Source: an uncultured Bdellovibrionales bacterium (lineage in GTDB: Bacteria > Patescibacteriota > Minisyncoccia > Moranbacterales > GWC2-37-73). Taken from it: DNA of 64,000 bases. Numbering within the stretch: position 1 is the stretch's first letter; every line of letters starts with the position of its first letter. Below the pieces are notes generated by a model. That model made no database searches, was not told where the DNA came from, and saw nothing but the letters and a program-made list of their open reading frames with translations. Made by a program: the position numbers and the translations under genes. The stretch covers positions 9,974-73,973 of the forward strand of contig CAZAFB010000001.1 in NCBI GenBank assembly GCA_964484505.1. Reading direction: 5' to 3'. Positions 25,989 to 36,163 of the stretch are shown piece by piece.

Positions 25989-26126
25989 TCATCGTGCCCA
26001 AGGTGGCACTGGTTTGGTATTGGGGGTAACTTTCGGTGGCGCGGATTTTTTAAAGTGCCTTATAATGATAATGAAAAAAAGGCATACTAGTGCTGCTAAT
26101 AGTAAAACAAAAAACAACTTTAACAT
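25989..26126 (-). CDS. Small membrane peptide, 45 aa, Pro-rich tail (not in the ORF track)
   Basis: Minus-strand AAAGGAGGT, 8 nt, then ATG. MLKLFFVLLLAALVCLFFIIIIRHFKKSAPPKVTPNTKPVPPWAR. Confidence 0.35.
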   Translation of the reverse strand: MLKLFFVLLLAALVCLFFIIIIRHFKKSAPPKVTPNTKPVPPWAR

Positions 26127-26200
26127 GGGATGTTACCTCCTTTTGTAAAATAATAAACAACTGACCATTATAACATCAAATCGTACTATGTCAATGCTTT

Positions 26201-26710
26201 TCAGGGGGTGTCAATTATATCTTCGGTAACGCGGTTTTTGCAGGTCTTCTTGACTCCGCTATCCTCTATTTTATCGCAAATTTTAAGATCTTTTTTGCTG
26301 ACAGCCAGATCCTTATAACAATAGTCTTTGTCTAAATCTTCCAGACTATCGCAACCGTCGGCTTTTTCATTTACCGACGAAAGACCGCATACCTGTTTGC
26401 AGTAATCCAGATCTTCTTTTTCCGTATACTCTTTGCAGTTATTGTTGCAATCTTGAGTTGATATTTGCAAGAACTGATCGTCCTGAGGCAGATCTTCATC
26501 TATAACCTCCGGAGCTTCTTCTTCGGGCATATCCCCATTGTCTTCATCTGACAATTCGTTCTCATCTGCCTCCTTAGCTGCTTGATCTTGAGACGCATTC
26601 TTTTCGTTAGGTCCTCCATAACGACCAAAGATGATAGGCCAACCCCAATAAGCCAAAGCTGCCAGACCAATTATAAAAAATGCGATGCCTACTTTGGAAG
26701 ATGTCTTCAT
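26201..26710 (-). CDS. Secreted or membrane-anchored acidic Cys-rich protein, hypothetical
   Basis: TM/signal anchor, D/E-rich linker, then a Cys-rich C-terminal region. Likely start at MKTSS. Confidence 0.45.
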   Translation of the reverse strand: MKTSSKVGIAFFIIGLAALAYWGWPIIFGRYGGPNEKNASQDQAAKEADENELSDEDNGDMPEEEAPEVIDEDLPQDDQFLQISTQDCNNNCKEYTEKEDLDYCKQVCGLSSVNEKADGCDSLEDLDKDYCYKDLAVSKKDLKICDKIEDSGVKKTCKNRVTEDIIDTP

Positions 26711-26744
26711 ATGACTTTTGTGGTTATTATAACTTTTATAAAAC

Positions 26745-28151
26745 CTAATAAGCATTCAATAAGCGTATATCTGTGAAATAGTAGTGAAGTATATAGTCAT
26801 AGTCCTTGCCGTGGTCACGATCCAAAACAACAGAGCCGTTAGCGCTGAGACCAACCATATGATTTCCTTCAGCTTCAAGCTGGGCGGTTGATTTTGTAGG
26901 ATGCTTGCCATAGGGATCGCTAACTGATTTACACCATGGGTAATCAGTGGAGCCCCATCTTTCTTCGAAGCTTCTTGTTCTTCCGTCGGTCCAGGAAGAA
27001 TAGGGAGTAAGTGCTATTTCATTGCCGTGCATAACGATTTTGCTGCGGGTATTTTCAGCGGCGCTTTTGATGGAAGCATGAGCGGTTTCCCATTCATAAC
27101 CGTTATATATCTGATTTCCCGGTGTCGCACTGACTTTGAAACCTTCCTTGGCATATTTGGTGCTGAATTTCAATTTCCAATATCCATAAGTGCGGAAAAT
27201 AACGGTCATCACACGGGTATGTTGGGTATACAATCCTGTGGTTTCTCCCATGCCCCATACGTAATGTTCCATAGGCAGGATATTAATAGCCCAAATATTT
27301 TTGGAATCATCACTGTAACGAAGGCGCATCACGTCACGGTATTCATCATAGGAAGAATCGGGTCGGTGAGCGTTAAAAATAATGCTAGTGTTGTCTCCAT
27401 CGGCCGCGTCGAAAGTAACTTGGGTAGCAATCGTGGTATCAGAAATAGAATTGTATACTTTCAAATTGCCGTCAGAAAGATAGGTAACCTTGGTTACAGT
27501 AGTGCCATCTACTGATGCGGCAATCACATTTCCGCTGCCGTCCAAAATCCGATAGGCTTTGTTTGCTTCTATTTCAAATGGGTCGCTGCGCAGTCCATCG
27601 CGAGTATAACTCCACAATCCGACACTTATCTCCGGTCCCAAAGTGCCTCCACCCAAATCAGCCTCTCCTTTTTCTTGTGATTTTAAAAGTGCCTTATATC
27701 TTTCATATCCAGCCTTATATTCGCTGCCGCCATACTTTTTGTATTTGTCGTATGATGATTTGTTATATTTTTTGTATTTGGTGCAATATTCCTTGACGGG
27801 AACATAGTTTTTTTTGTATTTGCTATAGCGCCGGTATTGGTCTACGTAACGGGCATAGGAAGCATATTTCAAAGGATTTTGTTTGAAGAGCCGATATTTT
27901 TCGTAAGCATCCTTGTATTCCAAGCGTTCGGTCTGATCTTCAAATCCATATTTTTCTTTTGCTTTGGAACAATCTTTGTACTTATCTTTTTTCTTGTATT
28001 TCAAATATTGTTCGTATTTATAATAAAGATCGTAATCATCAGTGACCTCACTTTCATTGCTGCTAGTCTCGTCCTCGGCCATTGCCAAATATGCCTGAGG
28101 AAAGACAAGGGAAATTAAAATTAACAATATTATTATTCTTTTTTTTATCAT
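26745..28151 (-). CDS. SpoIID/LytB-domain protein with an N-terminal Lys/Tyr-rich low-complexity region
   Basis: LPMEHYVWGMGE...SATPGNQIY...SAAENTRSKIVMHGNEIALTPY SpoIID-like core. Residues 40-170 are KY-rich repeats. Confidence 0.6.
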   Translation of the reverse strand: MIKKRIIILLILISLVFPQAYLAMAEDETSSNESEVTDDYDLYYKYEQYLKYKKKDKYKDCSKAKEKYGFEDQTERLEYKDAYEKYRLFKQNPLKYASYARYVDQYRRYSKYKKNYVPVKEYCTKYKKYNKSSYDKYKKYGGSEYKAGYERYKALLKSQEKGEADLGGGTLGPEISVGLWSYTRDGLRSDPFEIEANKAYRILDGSGNVIAASVDGTTVTKVTYLSDGNLKVYNSISDTTIATQVTFDAADGDNTSIIFNAHRPDSSYDEYRDVMRLRYSDDSKNIWAINILPMEHYVWGMGETTGLYTQHTRVMTVIFRTYGYWKLKFSTKYAKEGFKVSATPGNQIYNGYEWETAHASIKSAAENTRSKIVMHGNEIALTPYSSWTDGRTRSFEERWGSTDYPWCKSVSDPYGKHPTKSTAQLEAEGNHMVGLSANGSVVLDRDHGKDYDYILHYYFTDIRLLNAY

Positions 28152-28223
28152 TTTTTTACTTTTTTAAAATCAAAAACTGCCATTATAATAATAGCAGCTT
28201 TTGCTGATTTTTTCCAATAGGGT

Positions 28224-28484
28224 CTACAGACCAAATTGGGCGTTGGAAAGTTCATTGCTGTCTATGTCTTCCGTGGCAGAGTTTATTTGAGAATCAATCT
28301 CTGAGATTTCTTTATCCACAGCCGCTTTTGGTTCACTTGGAATTGCATCTTCCTGATTCTGCGAAGGTTGTTTTTGAGGTTGCGTTTGACCTATCGGCTG
28401 AGTCTCGGTGGATTTTTTGTCGCCGCAGCCTGCTAATAGCAGAACTGCCAGAGGCAATAGGGCTAAAATGAAATAACGTTTCAT
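28224..28484 (-). CDS. Small lipoprotein, hypothetical
   Basis: Lipobox LLLAGC. Confidence 0.45.
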   Translation of the reverse strand: MKRYFILALLPLAVLLLAGCGDKKSTETQPIGQTQPQKQPSQNQEDAIPSEPKAAVDKEISEIDSQINSATEDIDSNELSNAQFGL

Positions 28485-28501
28485 ATTTTTCTTTTTATAG
28501 T

Positions 28502-29230
28502 TTAGAGAGTTTTGTCGCTGGAGTTATCTGTGGTATCTTTTGGTTCGTCGGCATCCTCCGCTTCATTCTCTTGGGTGTCGGCATCTTCATCCGCGTCTGT
28601 TGGATTTAATGCCTCCAACTGTTTGCGTGCTTCTTGTAGGTGTGGTCGCAAAGTTGTTTGCAAAAAAGTTTTGATTGCTTGGCGGTCTTCTTTTATTGTC
28701 GGGATTATGCTGCGAGCTTCTCCTAACTGTTTGACAAACTCACCATCGGATTGTCCGCAAGTATTGCTTTTTGTTCCGCTAAGTTCAGTTATAAAGTTGG
28801 CATAATCAGTAGCTAATTTGTTGGTGAGTGATGCCAGTTGGGTTAAATCAGCTCTAAGATTGGTAACATCAACGCTCTTGCTCTCCAAAGTGTCAACCAG
28901 CTTGGTCAAGCGAGTATACATGTGCGCATACACCTTGTTAAGCGCATCTTGATTATTTTGGTAACGGTTGATGCGAGTGTCGATTCTGGTTTCGACGTTC
29001 TTGCACCATTGTTCGCGATTGGTTTTGCGTTGAGCTTGAAGCTCTTCTCTTTCCGTGCGAAGTTCTTCGCGGCGAGTTTGGATTTCTTCACGTTTTGCTT
29101 GATTGTCAACTTTGCGTTGAGCAATCTCTTCGCTTGTTGGCTTTACCGCTTCGGCATTTTGAGCAAAAATTCCCGAAAGCGGGATTGCCACTGCGATAGC
29201 GATCACCAAGAGCGCAGTTTTCTTGTTCAT
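28502..29230 (-). CDS. Secreted coiled-coil protein, hypothetical
   Basis: Signal peptide, E/R/Q-rich coiled coil and an acidic tail. Confidence 0.45.
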   Translation of the reverse strand: MNKKTALLVIAIAVAIPLSGIFAQNAEAVKPTSEEIAQRKVDNQAKREEIQTRREELRTEREELQAQRKTNREQWCKNVETRIDTRINRYQNNQDALNKVYAHMYTRLTKLVDTLESKSVDVTNLRADLTQLASLTNKLATDYANFITELSGTKSNTCGQSDGEFVKQLGEARSIIPTIKEDRQAIKTFLQTTLRPHLQEARKQLEALNPTDADEDADTQENEAEDADEPKDTTDNSSDKTL

Positions 29231-29347
29231 GTCGTTTTTTTAATATTTAGTTGCCACAGGGGGCTTAAATGATTATAACACTTTTTACATGTTTGCGCTA
29301 TTTCCGGCAAGAATATAAAATGAAGATGTAACACTTATCATATTGAC

Positions 29348-30283
29348 ATGGAAAAACCATTTTTATCGGTCGTTGTTCCTTTGTACAATGAAGAGGGGAA
29401 TGTGAAGGAATTGCATCGCCGAATCAACGAAGCTTGCAGTAAATTGGGAAAGCCTTTCGAAATCATTTTTGTAGATGACGGAAGCAAGGATGGAACGATC
29501 AAAGATTGCGAAGCGTTATCTCCGTTGACCCTGATTAAATTGCGAAAGAATTTCGGTCAAACTGCCGCCTTTGATGCCGGAATCAAACATGCTGCCGGTG
29601 ACATTGTCATTACTATGGACGGGGATCTTCAAAATGATCCGGCAGACATTCCTTTGCTTCTTAAAAAAATGGTCGAAGGGTATGACATCGTGTCCGGTTG
29701 GCGGTGGCGAAGAAAAGATACTTTCAGCAAAAAATTCTTTTCACGTGGAGCAAATCTGCTGCGCAAGGTTCTTTTGCATGACACCATCCATGACAGTGGG
29801 TGCAGCCTGAAGGCCTACAGAAGGGAATGTTTCAAGGGTATTGATCTGTTTGGAGAAATGCATCGTTTTATCCCGGCACTTTTGCAGCTCGAAGGTTTCA
29901 CGGTTGGCGAGGTTAAAGTTTCACATCACCCTCGTGTTCATGGAAAGACTAAATATAATTGGAAAAGGGCGATCAAAGGTTTTGCTGATATGATTTCAGT
30001 TTGGTTTTGGCGTAAATATTCCGGAAGGCCGCTTCATCTCTTCGGGGGCACCGGAATGGCAATGTCGCTTCTGGGCGGAGCGATCTTGATTTGGATGGCA
30101 GTGGAAAAGATCTTTTTCGGCGCTTCCATTTCAGAAAGGATCTGGCCCTTGATGGGAATATTCTTGGTTTTGGTCGGAATCCAGCTTTTCGTTTCCGGAT
30201 TACTTGCCGACATCATGGTCAAAAACTATTATCGTAACCACGGCAGAATGAACTATAACGTTAAGGAAGTAGTCGAACAATGA
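29348..30283 (+). CDS. GT2 polyprenyl-phosphate sugar synthase (DPM1/ArnC/GtrB-like) with a C-terminal TM anchor
   Basis: LSVVVPLYNEEGN...IIFVDDGSKDGT...ITMDGDLQNDP, and two C-terminal TM helices. Confidence 0.75.
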   Translation: MEKPFLSVVVPLYNEEGNVKELHRRINEACSKLGKPFEIIFVDDGSKDGTIKDCEALSPLTLIKLRKNFGQTAAFDAGIKHAAGDIVITMDGDLQNDPADIPLLLKKMVEGYDIVSGWRWRRKDTFSKKFFSRGANLLRKVLLHDTIHDSGCSLKAYRRECFKGIDLFGEMHRFIPALLQLEGFTVGEVKVSHHPRVHGKTKYNWKRAIKGFADMISVWFWRKYSGRPLHLFGGTGMAMSLLGGAILIWMAVEKIFFGASISERIWPLMGIFLVLVGIQLFVSGLLADIMVKNYYRNHGRMNYNVKEVVEQ

Positions 30284-30503
30284 AATAAATAGCTTATATA
30301 TTTGCTTCTGGCAATTCTCGCTCCGGCGAAGCATTTTTAGGTGGCAGAACTCGCGGCACAGGAGTTAAAAACTTTTTTAACTCTTTTATATCACAGCGCC
30401 TTCGAAACGAATTGCTTTCAGCAAATATAAAAGCCATAAATTATAAAAATTAACTGTCGAATTCACATTTGTACATTTGTACTGATTAGTAATTCATAGG
30501 GAT

Positions 30504-31835
30504 ATGAGGATTGCAGTCATTGGTACCGGTTATGTCGGTTCGGTCACGGGAGCTTGTTTTGCGGAAATGGGTAACAGCGTAATTTGTGTTGATCGTGACC
30601 CGAAAAAGGTGGAGATGTTTTCCAAAGGAAAAGTGCCTTTGCACGAAGGCGGATTGGAAGATTTAGTGCAGCGTAATTTGAAAAATAAAACTCTATCTTT
30701 CACCGTTAATCTTGAAAATGCTATCAAAGAAAGCGATATCGTTTTTATCGCTGTCGGCACTCCTCCAAATGAGGATGGAAGCGCTGATTTAAGTCATGTT
30801 TTGGACGTGGCGCATTCAATAGGTAAAGCCATGGATCACCGCCTGATCGTTGTTGACAAATCAACGGTGCCTGTTGGAACCGCCGATCTTGTAAGAGAAG
30901 CAATCTCCGAAGAGCTTGCCAAAAGAGGGGATGATATCGAATTTCATGTAGCCAGCAATCCAGAATTTCTAGCCCAAGGCACAGCAGTTAAAGATTTTAT
31001 GGAGCCTAGTAGGGTTGTCATTGGAGCCGATGAACCGGAGGTGATTGAAAAACTTCAGGAGTTATACGATCCTTTTATGCGTCGGGAGGGCAGATTCTTC
31101 GCTATGGATCCCAAGACGGCAGAAATTGTCAAATATGCTTCCAATTGTTTTTTGGCAGCCAAGATATCAGTCAACAACGAACTTGCCAATATCTGTTCAA
31201 GAGCCGGAGCAGATTTTGACCATGTACGCAGGGCGATGGGAGCAGATCCGCGTATCGGAGAACCGTTCATGTATGCGGGACCGGGATTCGGGGGATCTTG
31301 TTTTCCGAAAGACGTGAAAGCACTGATCAAGACGGCCAAGGATTTCGGTTATGATGCGACAATGTTCAAACAGACCTTGGATACAAATGAAAAACAAAAA
31401 CACGTTTTGGCACAGATGGTGATTGATGAGTTGGGGGAAGATTTAAAAGGGAAGATATTTGCAGTATGGGGATTGGCTTTCAAAGCGGGGACAGATGACA
31501 TGCGGGAATCTTCCGCGATCACTATTATCAATGAGTTGATTTCCAAAGGAGCAAAAATCCAAGCCCACGATCCCGAAGCTATGGTCATGGCTCAGACCCC
31601 GGAGTATTTCGGTGATAATCCGGTAATTGAATATTTCGAAAACAAACGGGACGCTTTGGACGGCGCAGACGCTTTGCTGATTGTCACGGAATGGAAGGAA
31701 TTTCGCACGCCTGATTTTGAGGAAATCAAAAAACGCCTCAAGAGACCTTTGATATTCGACGGACGTTTGCTGTATGAACCAAAAAAAATGAAAGAAATGG
31801 GATTCAATTATAGATCGATAGGAAGGGGGAAATGA
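30504..31835 (+). CDS. ugd: UDP-glucose 6-dehydrogenase (nucleotide-sugar dehydrogenase family)
   Basis: MRIAVIGTGYVGSVTG NAD-binding fold and the catalytic GGSCFPKDV. Confidence 0.8.
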   Translation: MRIAVIGTGYVGSVTGACFAEMGNSVICVDRDPKKVEMFSKGKVPLHEGGLEDLVQRNLKNKTLSFTVNLENAIKESDIVFIAVGTPPNEDGSADLSHVLDVAHSIGKAMDHRLIVVDKSTVPVGTADLVREAISEELAKRGDDIEFHVASNPEFLAQGTAVKDFMEPSRVVIGADEPEVIEKLQELYDPFMRREGRFFAMDPKTAEIVKYASNCFLAAKISVNNELANICSRAGADFDHVRRAMGADPRIGEPFMYAGPGFGGSCFPKDVKALIKTAKDFGYDATMFKQTLDTNEKQKHVLAQMVIDELGEDLKGKIFAVWGLAFKAGTDDMRESSAITIINELISKGAKIQAHDPEAMVMAQTPEYFGDNPVIEYFENKRDALDGADALLIVTEWKEFRTPDFEEIKKRLKRPLIFDGRLLYEPKKMKEMGFNYRSIGRGK

Positions 31836-31907
31836 TAGGAATCAAGCAGTTGTTGGTGGATTTATATTGTAAACTGTCTCGATAAAAGCATAGACTGAAT
31901 GATTGGA

Positions 31908-31940
31908 AAAAGTTAAAAGCCGCTCTGGATTTCCGGGGCG
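31908..31940. terminator. Hairpin terminator between convergent genes
   Basis: aaagccgc...gcggcttt stem followed by att. Confidence 0.45.
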
Positions 31941-31972
31941 GCTTTATTAGAAACTATTTGCTTATCATAATA

Positions 31973-32251
31973 TCACAGGGAAGAACTGCTGGATGCTGAA
32001 AGGACCACAGAAGAACTATTTTCCTCCAGAAAAAGCCTGAAATTTTTCCAGGTGGCTACGTCCAAGAAGTATCTTTCCAGGGCGAAGGCCACTTTTTCAT
32101 TGGGACAAATCTTTATTTTTATAAAAATAGGATCTGAATTTACCTCGTTTTTTTTGAAGAAATTTCTGACCTCAGATATGATTTCTTCAAAATCTTTTTT
32201 TTCAGCTTCATTCAAGATTGCTACTGATGGCAGCATTTGCGCTTCTGTCAT
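31973..32251 (-). CDS. Hypothetical 92-aa protein, second gene of the pair
   Basis: AAGGGAG, 6 nt, then ATG (MTEAQ...). The track's longer 101-aa version starts inside the upstream gene. Confidence 0.4.
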   Translation of the reverse strand: MTEAQMLPSVAILNEAEKKDFEEIISEVRNFFKKNEVNSDPIFIKIKICPNEKVAFALERYFLDVATWKNFRLFLEENSSSVVLSASSSSSL

Positions 32252-32252
32252 T

Positions 32253-32465
32253 TTATTCTCCCTTCTCGATGATTTCAATTTGGATGCGGTGCTCCTGGAA
32301 CAGGACCTTGCTCAGATAATTAAGAGCCTTTTTGTTTAATTTCTTTTCAATAGTAAAAGAAACAATCCGGGGGTCTTTCTCGCGAACCCTTCTTACAGAT
32401 TCAATTGTTTCAACGACCACTTGTCTATGCTTTCCCAATTTGTCGAAATAATTTGGAAACGACAT
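32253..32465 (-). CDS. Hypothetical 70-aa protein, first gene of a tightly coupled pair
   Basis: Its stop TAA lies 1 nt before the ATG of the next gene. Weak GGGGGG RBS. Confidence 0.4.
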   Translation of the reverse strand: MSFPNYFDKLGKHRQVVVETIESVRRVREKDPRIVSFTIEKKLNKKALNYLSKVLFQEHRIQIEIIEKGE

Positions 32466-32594
32466 CCACCCCCCTTTCTGTTGTAAAAGGACAAAACAAA
32501 AAACAAATAGTTGCTATTAATTATGAATAATTGAAGCTAATATGTCAACAGTATCTATGGATTATACTCCGAAAATATGTTAAAATGGCGACAT

Positions 32595-33752
32595 ATGCGT
32601 ATATTATTTTTCAACTACGAATACCCGCCGCTTGGAGGGGGAGCAGGCAATGCTTCCAAATATATTCTGCAGCAATATGCCAAAATGCCTGATGTCGAGG
32701 TTGATTTTGTTACTTCTTCCATTGACCAAAAATATCATCTTGAAAATATCGGTGAAAATATCAGAATTCATCGACTACCGATTGGCAAAAACAGTATGGG
32801 TTTGCATTATCAAACCAAAGGAGACCTCATTCGTTATACTCGCATGGCCTGGAAATTTTCGCTAAAGCTAACCAAGGAAAACAACTATGATTTATCGCAT
32901 TCTTTTTTCTCAGTTCCTTGTGGAGCTTTGTCGCTTGGTCTTAAATTAAGAAGAAAATTGCCATACATAGTTTCGCTGCGCGGTGCGGACGTACCGGGAT
33001 ATAGCGAGAGATTCAAATCTCTCTATGGCATTCTTACTCCAATCATAAAAATGATCTGGAAGAACGCAGCTTTTGTGATGTCCAACAGTAAAGGACTCAG
33101 GCAGCTTGCCTTGCTAAGTGATCCAAATAGGGAGATAGGCATAATACCCAATGGCGTGGATACGGAGATGTTCCACCCTTCTGAAGAAACCGAGACAAAG
33201 GAATATTTTGAAATTCTTTGTGTTTCAAGGATTACACCGCGCAAGGGCATCAGATTTCTGATAAAAGCCCTGGAAAAATTTATTGTTGAAAATCCCTACG
33301 TTCATCTGACAATCATTGGCGATGGCAATGAAAAAGAGTCACTGGAAAATTTGGTGAGAGGTCTAGGTTTGGCGCATAATGTAACTTTCAAAGGCTTAAT
33401 CCCACATGATCACTTGCCGGAAGAATATCAGAGGGCGGATGTTTTTGTATTGCCATCTCTGAATGAGGGCATGAGCAACACAATGTTGGAGGCGGTGGCT
33501 TCCGGGCTACCCATTGTTGCAACGCAAACCGGAGGCAGTGACGAATTGGTATGTGACGGTGCAAATGGTTTGATCGTGAGAATGCAGGATAGTGATGATT
33601 TGGCGGAAAAATTGTCTACACTGATTAAACAAGAGCAGATGCGATCTGAAATGGGCAAAAAAAGCAGGGAATTAGCCTTGACTCTGAGCTGGGAAAGCGT
33701 AGCCAAACAATATGTTGGATTATATCGGGAGATTGCAAATAATAAGAATTAA
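32595..33752 (+). CDS. Glycosyltransferase family 1 (GT4)
   Basis: MRILFFNYEYPPLGGGAGN...; C-terminal EGMSNTMLEAVASGLPIVAT. Confidence 0.7.
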   Translation: MRILFFNYEYPPLGGGAGNASKYILQQYAKMPDVEVDFVTSSIDQKYHLENIGENIRIHRLPIGKNSMGLHYQTKGDLIRYTRMAWKFSLKLTKENNYDLSHSFFSVPCGALSLGLKLRRKLPYIVSLRGADVPGYSERFKSLYGILTPIIKMIWKNAAFVMSNSKGLRQLALLSDPNREIGIIPNGVDTEMFHPSEETETKEYFEILCVSRITPRKGIRFLIKALEKFIVENPYVHLTIIGDGNEKESLENLVRGLGLAHNVTFKGLIPHDHLPEEYQRADVFVLPSLNEGMSNTMLEAVASGLPIVATQTGGSDELVCDGANGLIVRMQDSDDLAEKLSTLIKQEQMRSEMGKKSRELALTLSWESVAKQYVGLYREIANNKN

Positions 33753-33799
33753 GATCCTTAAGATGCTTAAGTTTCTTAATAATCTTAAGAAAGTGGCTG

Positions 33800-34732
33800 A
33801 TGAAAAATAGCAAACTTCTAAAATTTATTCTGAAACTTGCGGTTACGTTTGCGCTTGTTGCTTGGCTTATTTTTAAAATTGATTGGAATCTGTTTCTGGA
33901 ACTTCTGCGCGAAGTTTCCTTTTGGGGTGTTTGCATTTTTATAGTCGTATATGTTGCCAGTGTCTTCTTTTCGGCTTTCAAGTGGAAGTATATTGCAGCT
34001 AATGTGGGGATGAAAATGAGCGTGTGGCAAAGCTTTCATCGATATCTCACCGGTTCTTTTATCAATACTTTTTTGCCCTCGACGATCGGCGGTGACACCT
34101 ATCGCGCCTTGGCTTTGGCTGGAAAAAACGGCAGCAAAAAACATGCTGCGGCAACAGTGGTTATGGACAGAATAAGCGGGCTGGTTGTTACGGTTATTTT
34201 TGCGATAATTTTCGGACTTTCCAATGAGGCTGTGAGAAAAAACGATTGGCTGATGTCCATCGTTGTCATGATGATTGTCGGCCTAATTTGTTTTTTGCTG
34301 TTTATGCTTTTTTCTAAAACAACTTTTGCCAAAAAAATAGCAAACTATTTTCCCGAATCGGTTAAGCCGATTCTTGCAACACTTCAGCAATTCAACAATA
34401 AAAAAGCGATTTCTTCCATGAGTTTTTGGACCTCACTGTATGTTTTTGCCGGTCCGGCGGCAGTCAACTACGCTTCATTTCAAGCGCTGCATATCCCCAT
34501 AGGTTTGGATGATTTTTTGTCGGTCGTTTTCATGGCAAGTGTCATCATCGCGCTGCCAATAAGTGTCGGCAATATTGGCCTTAAGGAATGGGCGTATGTC
34601 GCCTTGTTTGGCATTTTCGGTGTAGTGGCACCGCAAGCCGTGGCAGTTGCTCTTTTCGGCAGATTTTTGATGATGCTGGTCAATGCGGCCGCATTGCCGA
34701 TGTATCTTAGAAATAAGAAATCATTAACTTGA
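33800..34732 (+). CDS. Flippase-like / lysylphosphatidylglycerol-synthase-TM (UPF0104) family membrane protein
   Basis: About eight TM helices; LTGSFINTFLPSTIGGDTYRALAL is the UPF0104 signature. Confidence 0.55.
   Translation: MKNSKLLKFILKLAVTFALVAWLIFKIDWNLFLELLREVSFWGVCIFIVVYVASVFFSAFKWKYIAANVGMKMSVWQSFHRYLTGSFINTFLPSTIGGDTYRALALAGKNGSKKHAAATVVMDRISGLVVTVIFAIIFGLSNEAVRKNDWLMSIVVMMIVGLICFLLFMLFSKTTFAKKIANYFPESVKPILATLQQFNNKKAISSMSFWTSLYVFAGPAAVNYASFQALHIPIGLDDFLSVVFMASVIIALPISVGNIGLKEWAYVALFGIFGVVAPQAVAVALFGRFLMMLVNAAALPMYLRNKKSLT
34667..34705. repeat. 39-bp direct repeat, left copy (3' end of the flippase-like gene)
   Basis: ttgatgatgctggtcaatgcggccgcattgccgatgtat; matches 36164-36202 at 38/39. 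Confidence 0.8.
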
Positions 34733-34911
34733 AATATATGCAAGAGCAAAAAATAAACGAGCAGGTAGTTGCTGAAATTGAAAGAATCCATGCTGAATAT
34801 ATTGAAAAAATTAATGAATTGAAAAAAGAGAAAAAGTTGCTTATCGAAGAAATGGTTTCCAAATTAGAAGAAAAAAAGAAAGAAGAATTGATGAAAAAAA
34901 TCAAAATGTAA
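34729..34911 (+). CDS. Small coiled-coil protein, hypothetical (inside the insertion)
   Basis: 60 aa, K/E-rich. Confidence 0.25.
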   Translation: MKYMQEQKINEQVVAEIERIHAEYIEKINELKKEKKLLIEEMVSKLEEKKKEELMKKIKM

Positions 34912-34921
34912 GAAAAATTAT

Positions 34922-36154
34922 ATGTTGGAACAAAAGTCAGAAAGTAAATCAAATGAACCAAACATAAAAAGATGCAAAAATAGAGTCGAAGCGGAAGTCG
35001 ATCCGCAGAAGTTGGCAGAGAAAAGGATTTTGCAAGCGGAAAATGAATTGCTTGAACTTGTTTTGGATGATCCTGAATCGCCGGATTTCAGATCGGTCGA
35101 ATTGACAGCTGGCACTGTAAAAAATTCACAAAGGATTGTCGAAATGAGAATAAAGGCGTTACAGTTACTTGATAATTATAAGTGCACTCTCAAGAAGATT
35201 GTTGCACTTAGTACGGCAGTGGTTGCTTTTAATGCGGCTGATAATTTAGACAAAAAAGAAGATCCTTGGCGTGATTTTTCGAAAAATACTGCTATAGCAC
35301 AAGCCGTGGAAAATTTGCCCCAAAAAAATAGGAGAAATTTTTTGGTAGGATATTTGAGTGGCAATGAATATTTTGGCAAGCTTCTGGAACAATTCGATGG
35401 CGATAGAAAAAAAGCTTTTACACAGCAAAGAAATCTTGTTAATTTTATTATAAATTGTGAAAATGAAAAAAACTTTGTTGATATAGAGAGAAGTCTTATA
35501 AAAGAAGTTAATGAAACGGAGAAGAGAATTATTTTTAAAAAAATTGAAGAGTTAAAAATTTTTATGATAAAACATATTGGTAGCGTTGAATATCTTCAGA
35601 AGCTCACTAAAGAATTCGGAGGAAACATAGAAAAAGCAAAAGATGTGCAAAAATATAGGATGGATTACTTAAAAAAAATAAAGTATAGTTTTATAGATGG
35701 AGACATTCAAAATCCCGCTTATTCACCTGAATGGCACAAGGCATATCTTTCTGGGAATAAATTCGATTATGACGCTGTTGTACACGAATTTTTTCATGCG
35801 AGTATCCCTTTCATGACAGAATTGCCGGAAAAAACCTTTTCTTTATTTAAGGAATCATTTCAAAAATCTGGCGATGAAAAAACAGATAGATATCTTGGTG
35901 ATATCAGAGAGAGAATTGCACGTAAGCAAGCATTTGATTTGGAGCTTGAAGATTTAGGGATAAAAAGATATGGAGAAAAATTTACAAAGAAGCATTACGA
36001 AATGATAATAGATGCTTATGTAAAAGGGAAGCTTTCTCCAGGTGGGCGTCAATTTGTTGAATCTACAAAGCTTAATTATGAATATTTCGAGAAAATATTC
36101 AATGAAATTGCGAAAAACGATTCAGGCTCACAAGATAGAACAATGTCTGCTTAA
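34922..36154 (+). CDS. Hypothetical protein with an HExxH (HEFFH) zinc-metallopeptidase-like motif, cargo of the insertion
   Basis: VVHEFFHASIPF; no signal peptide; no other recognised domain. Confidence 0.5.
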   Translation: MLEQKSESKSNEPNIKRCKNRVEAEVDPQKLAEKRILQAENELLELVLDDPESPDFRSVELTAGTVKNSQRIVEMRIKALQLLDNYKCTLKKIVALSTAVVAFNAADNLDKKEDPWRDFSKNTAIAQAVENLPQKNRRNFLVGYLSGNEYFGKLLEQFDGDRKKAFTQQRNLVNFIINCENEKNFVDIERSLIKEVNETEKRIIFKKIEELKIFMIKHIGSVEYLQKLTKEFGGNIEKAKDVQKYRMDYLKKIKYSFIDGDIQNPAYSPEWHKAYLSGNKFDYDAVVHEFFHASIPFMTELPEKTFSLFKESFQKSGDEKTDRYLGDIRERIARKQAFDLELEDLGIKRYGEKFTKKHYEMIIDAYVKGKLSPGGRQFVESTKLNYEYFEKIFNEIAKNDSGSQDRTMSA

Positions 36155-36163
36155 CTTAAAATA

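Noticed and set aside
30340-30362. AT-rich perfect inverted repeat GAGTTAAAAA/CTTTTTAACTC
   Set aside because: A short AT-rich palindrome in an AT-rich spacer with no T-run terminator context. It could be a binding site, but there is no supporting recurrence.
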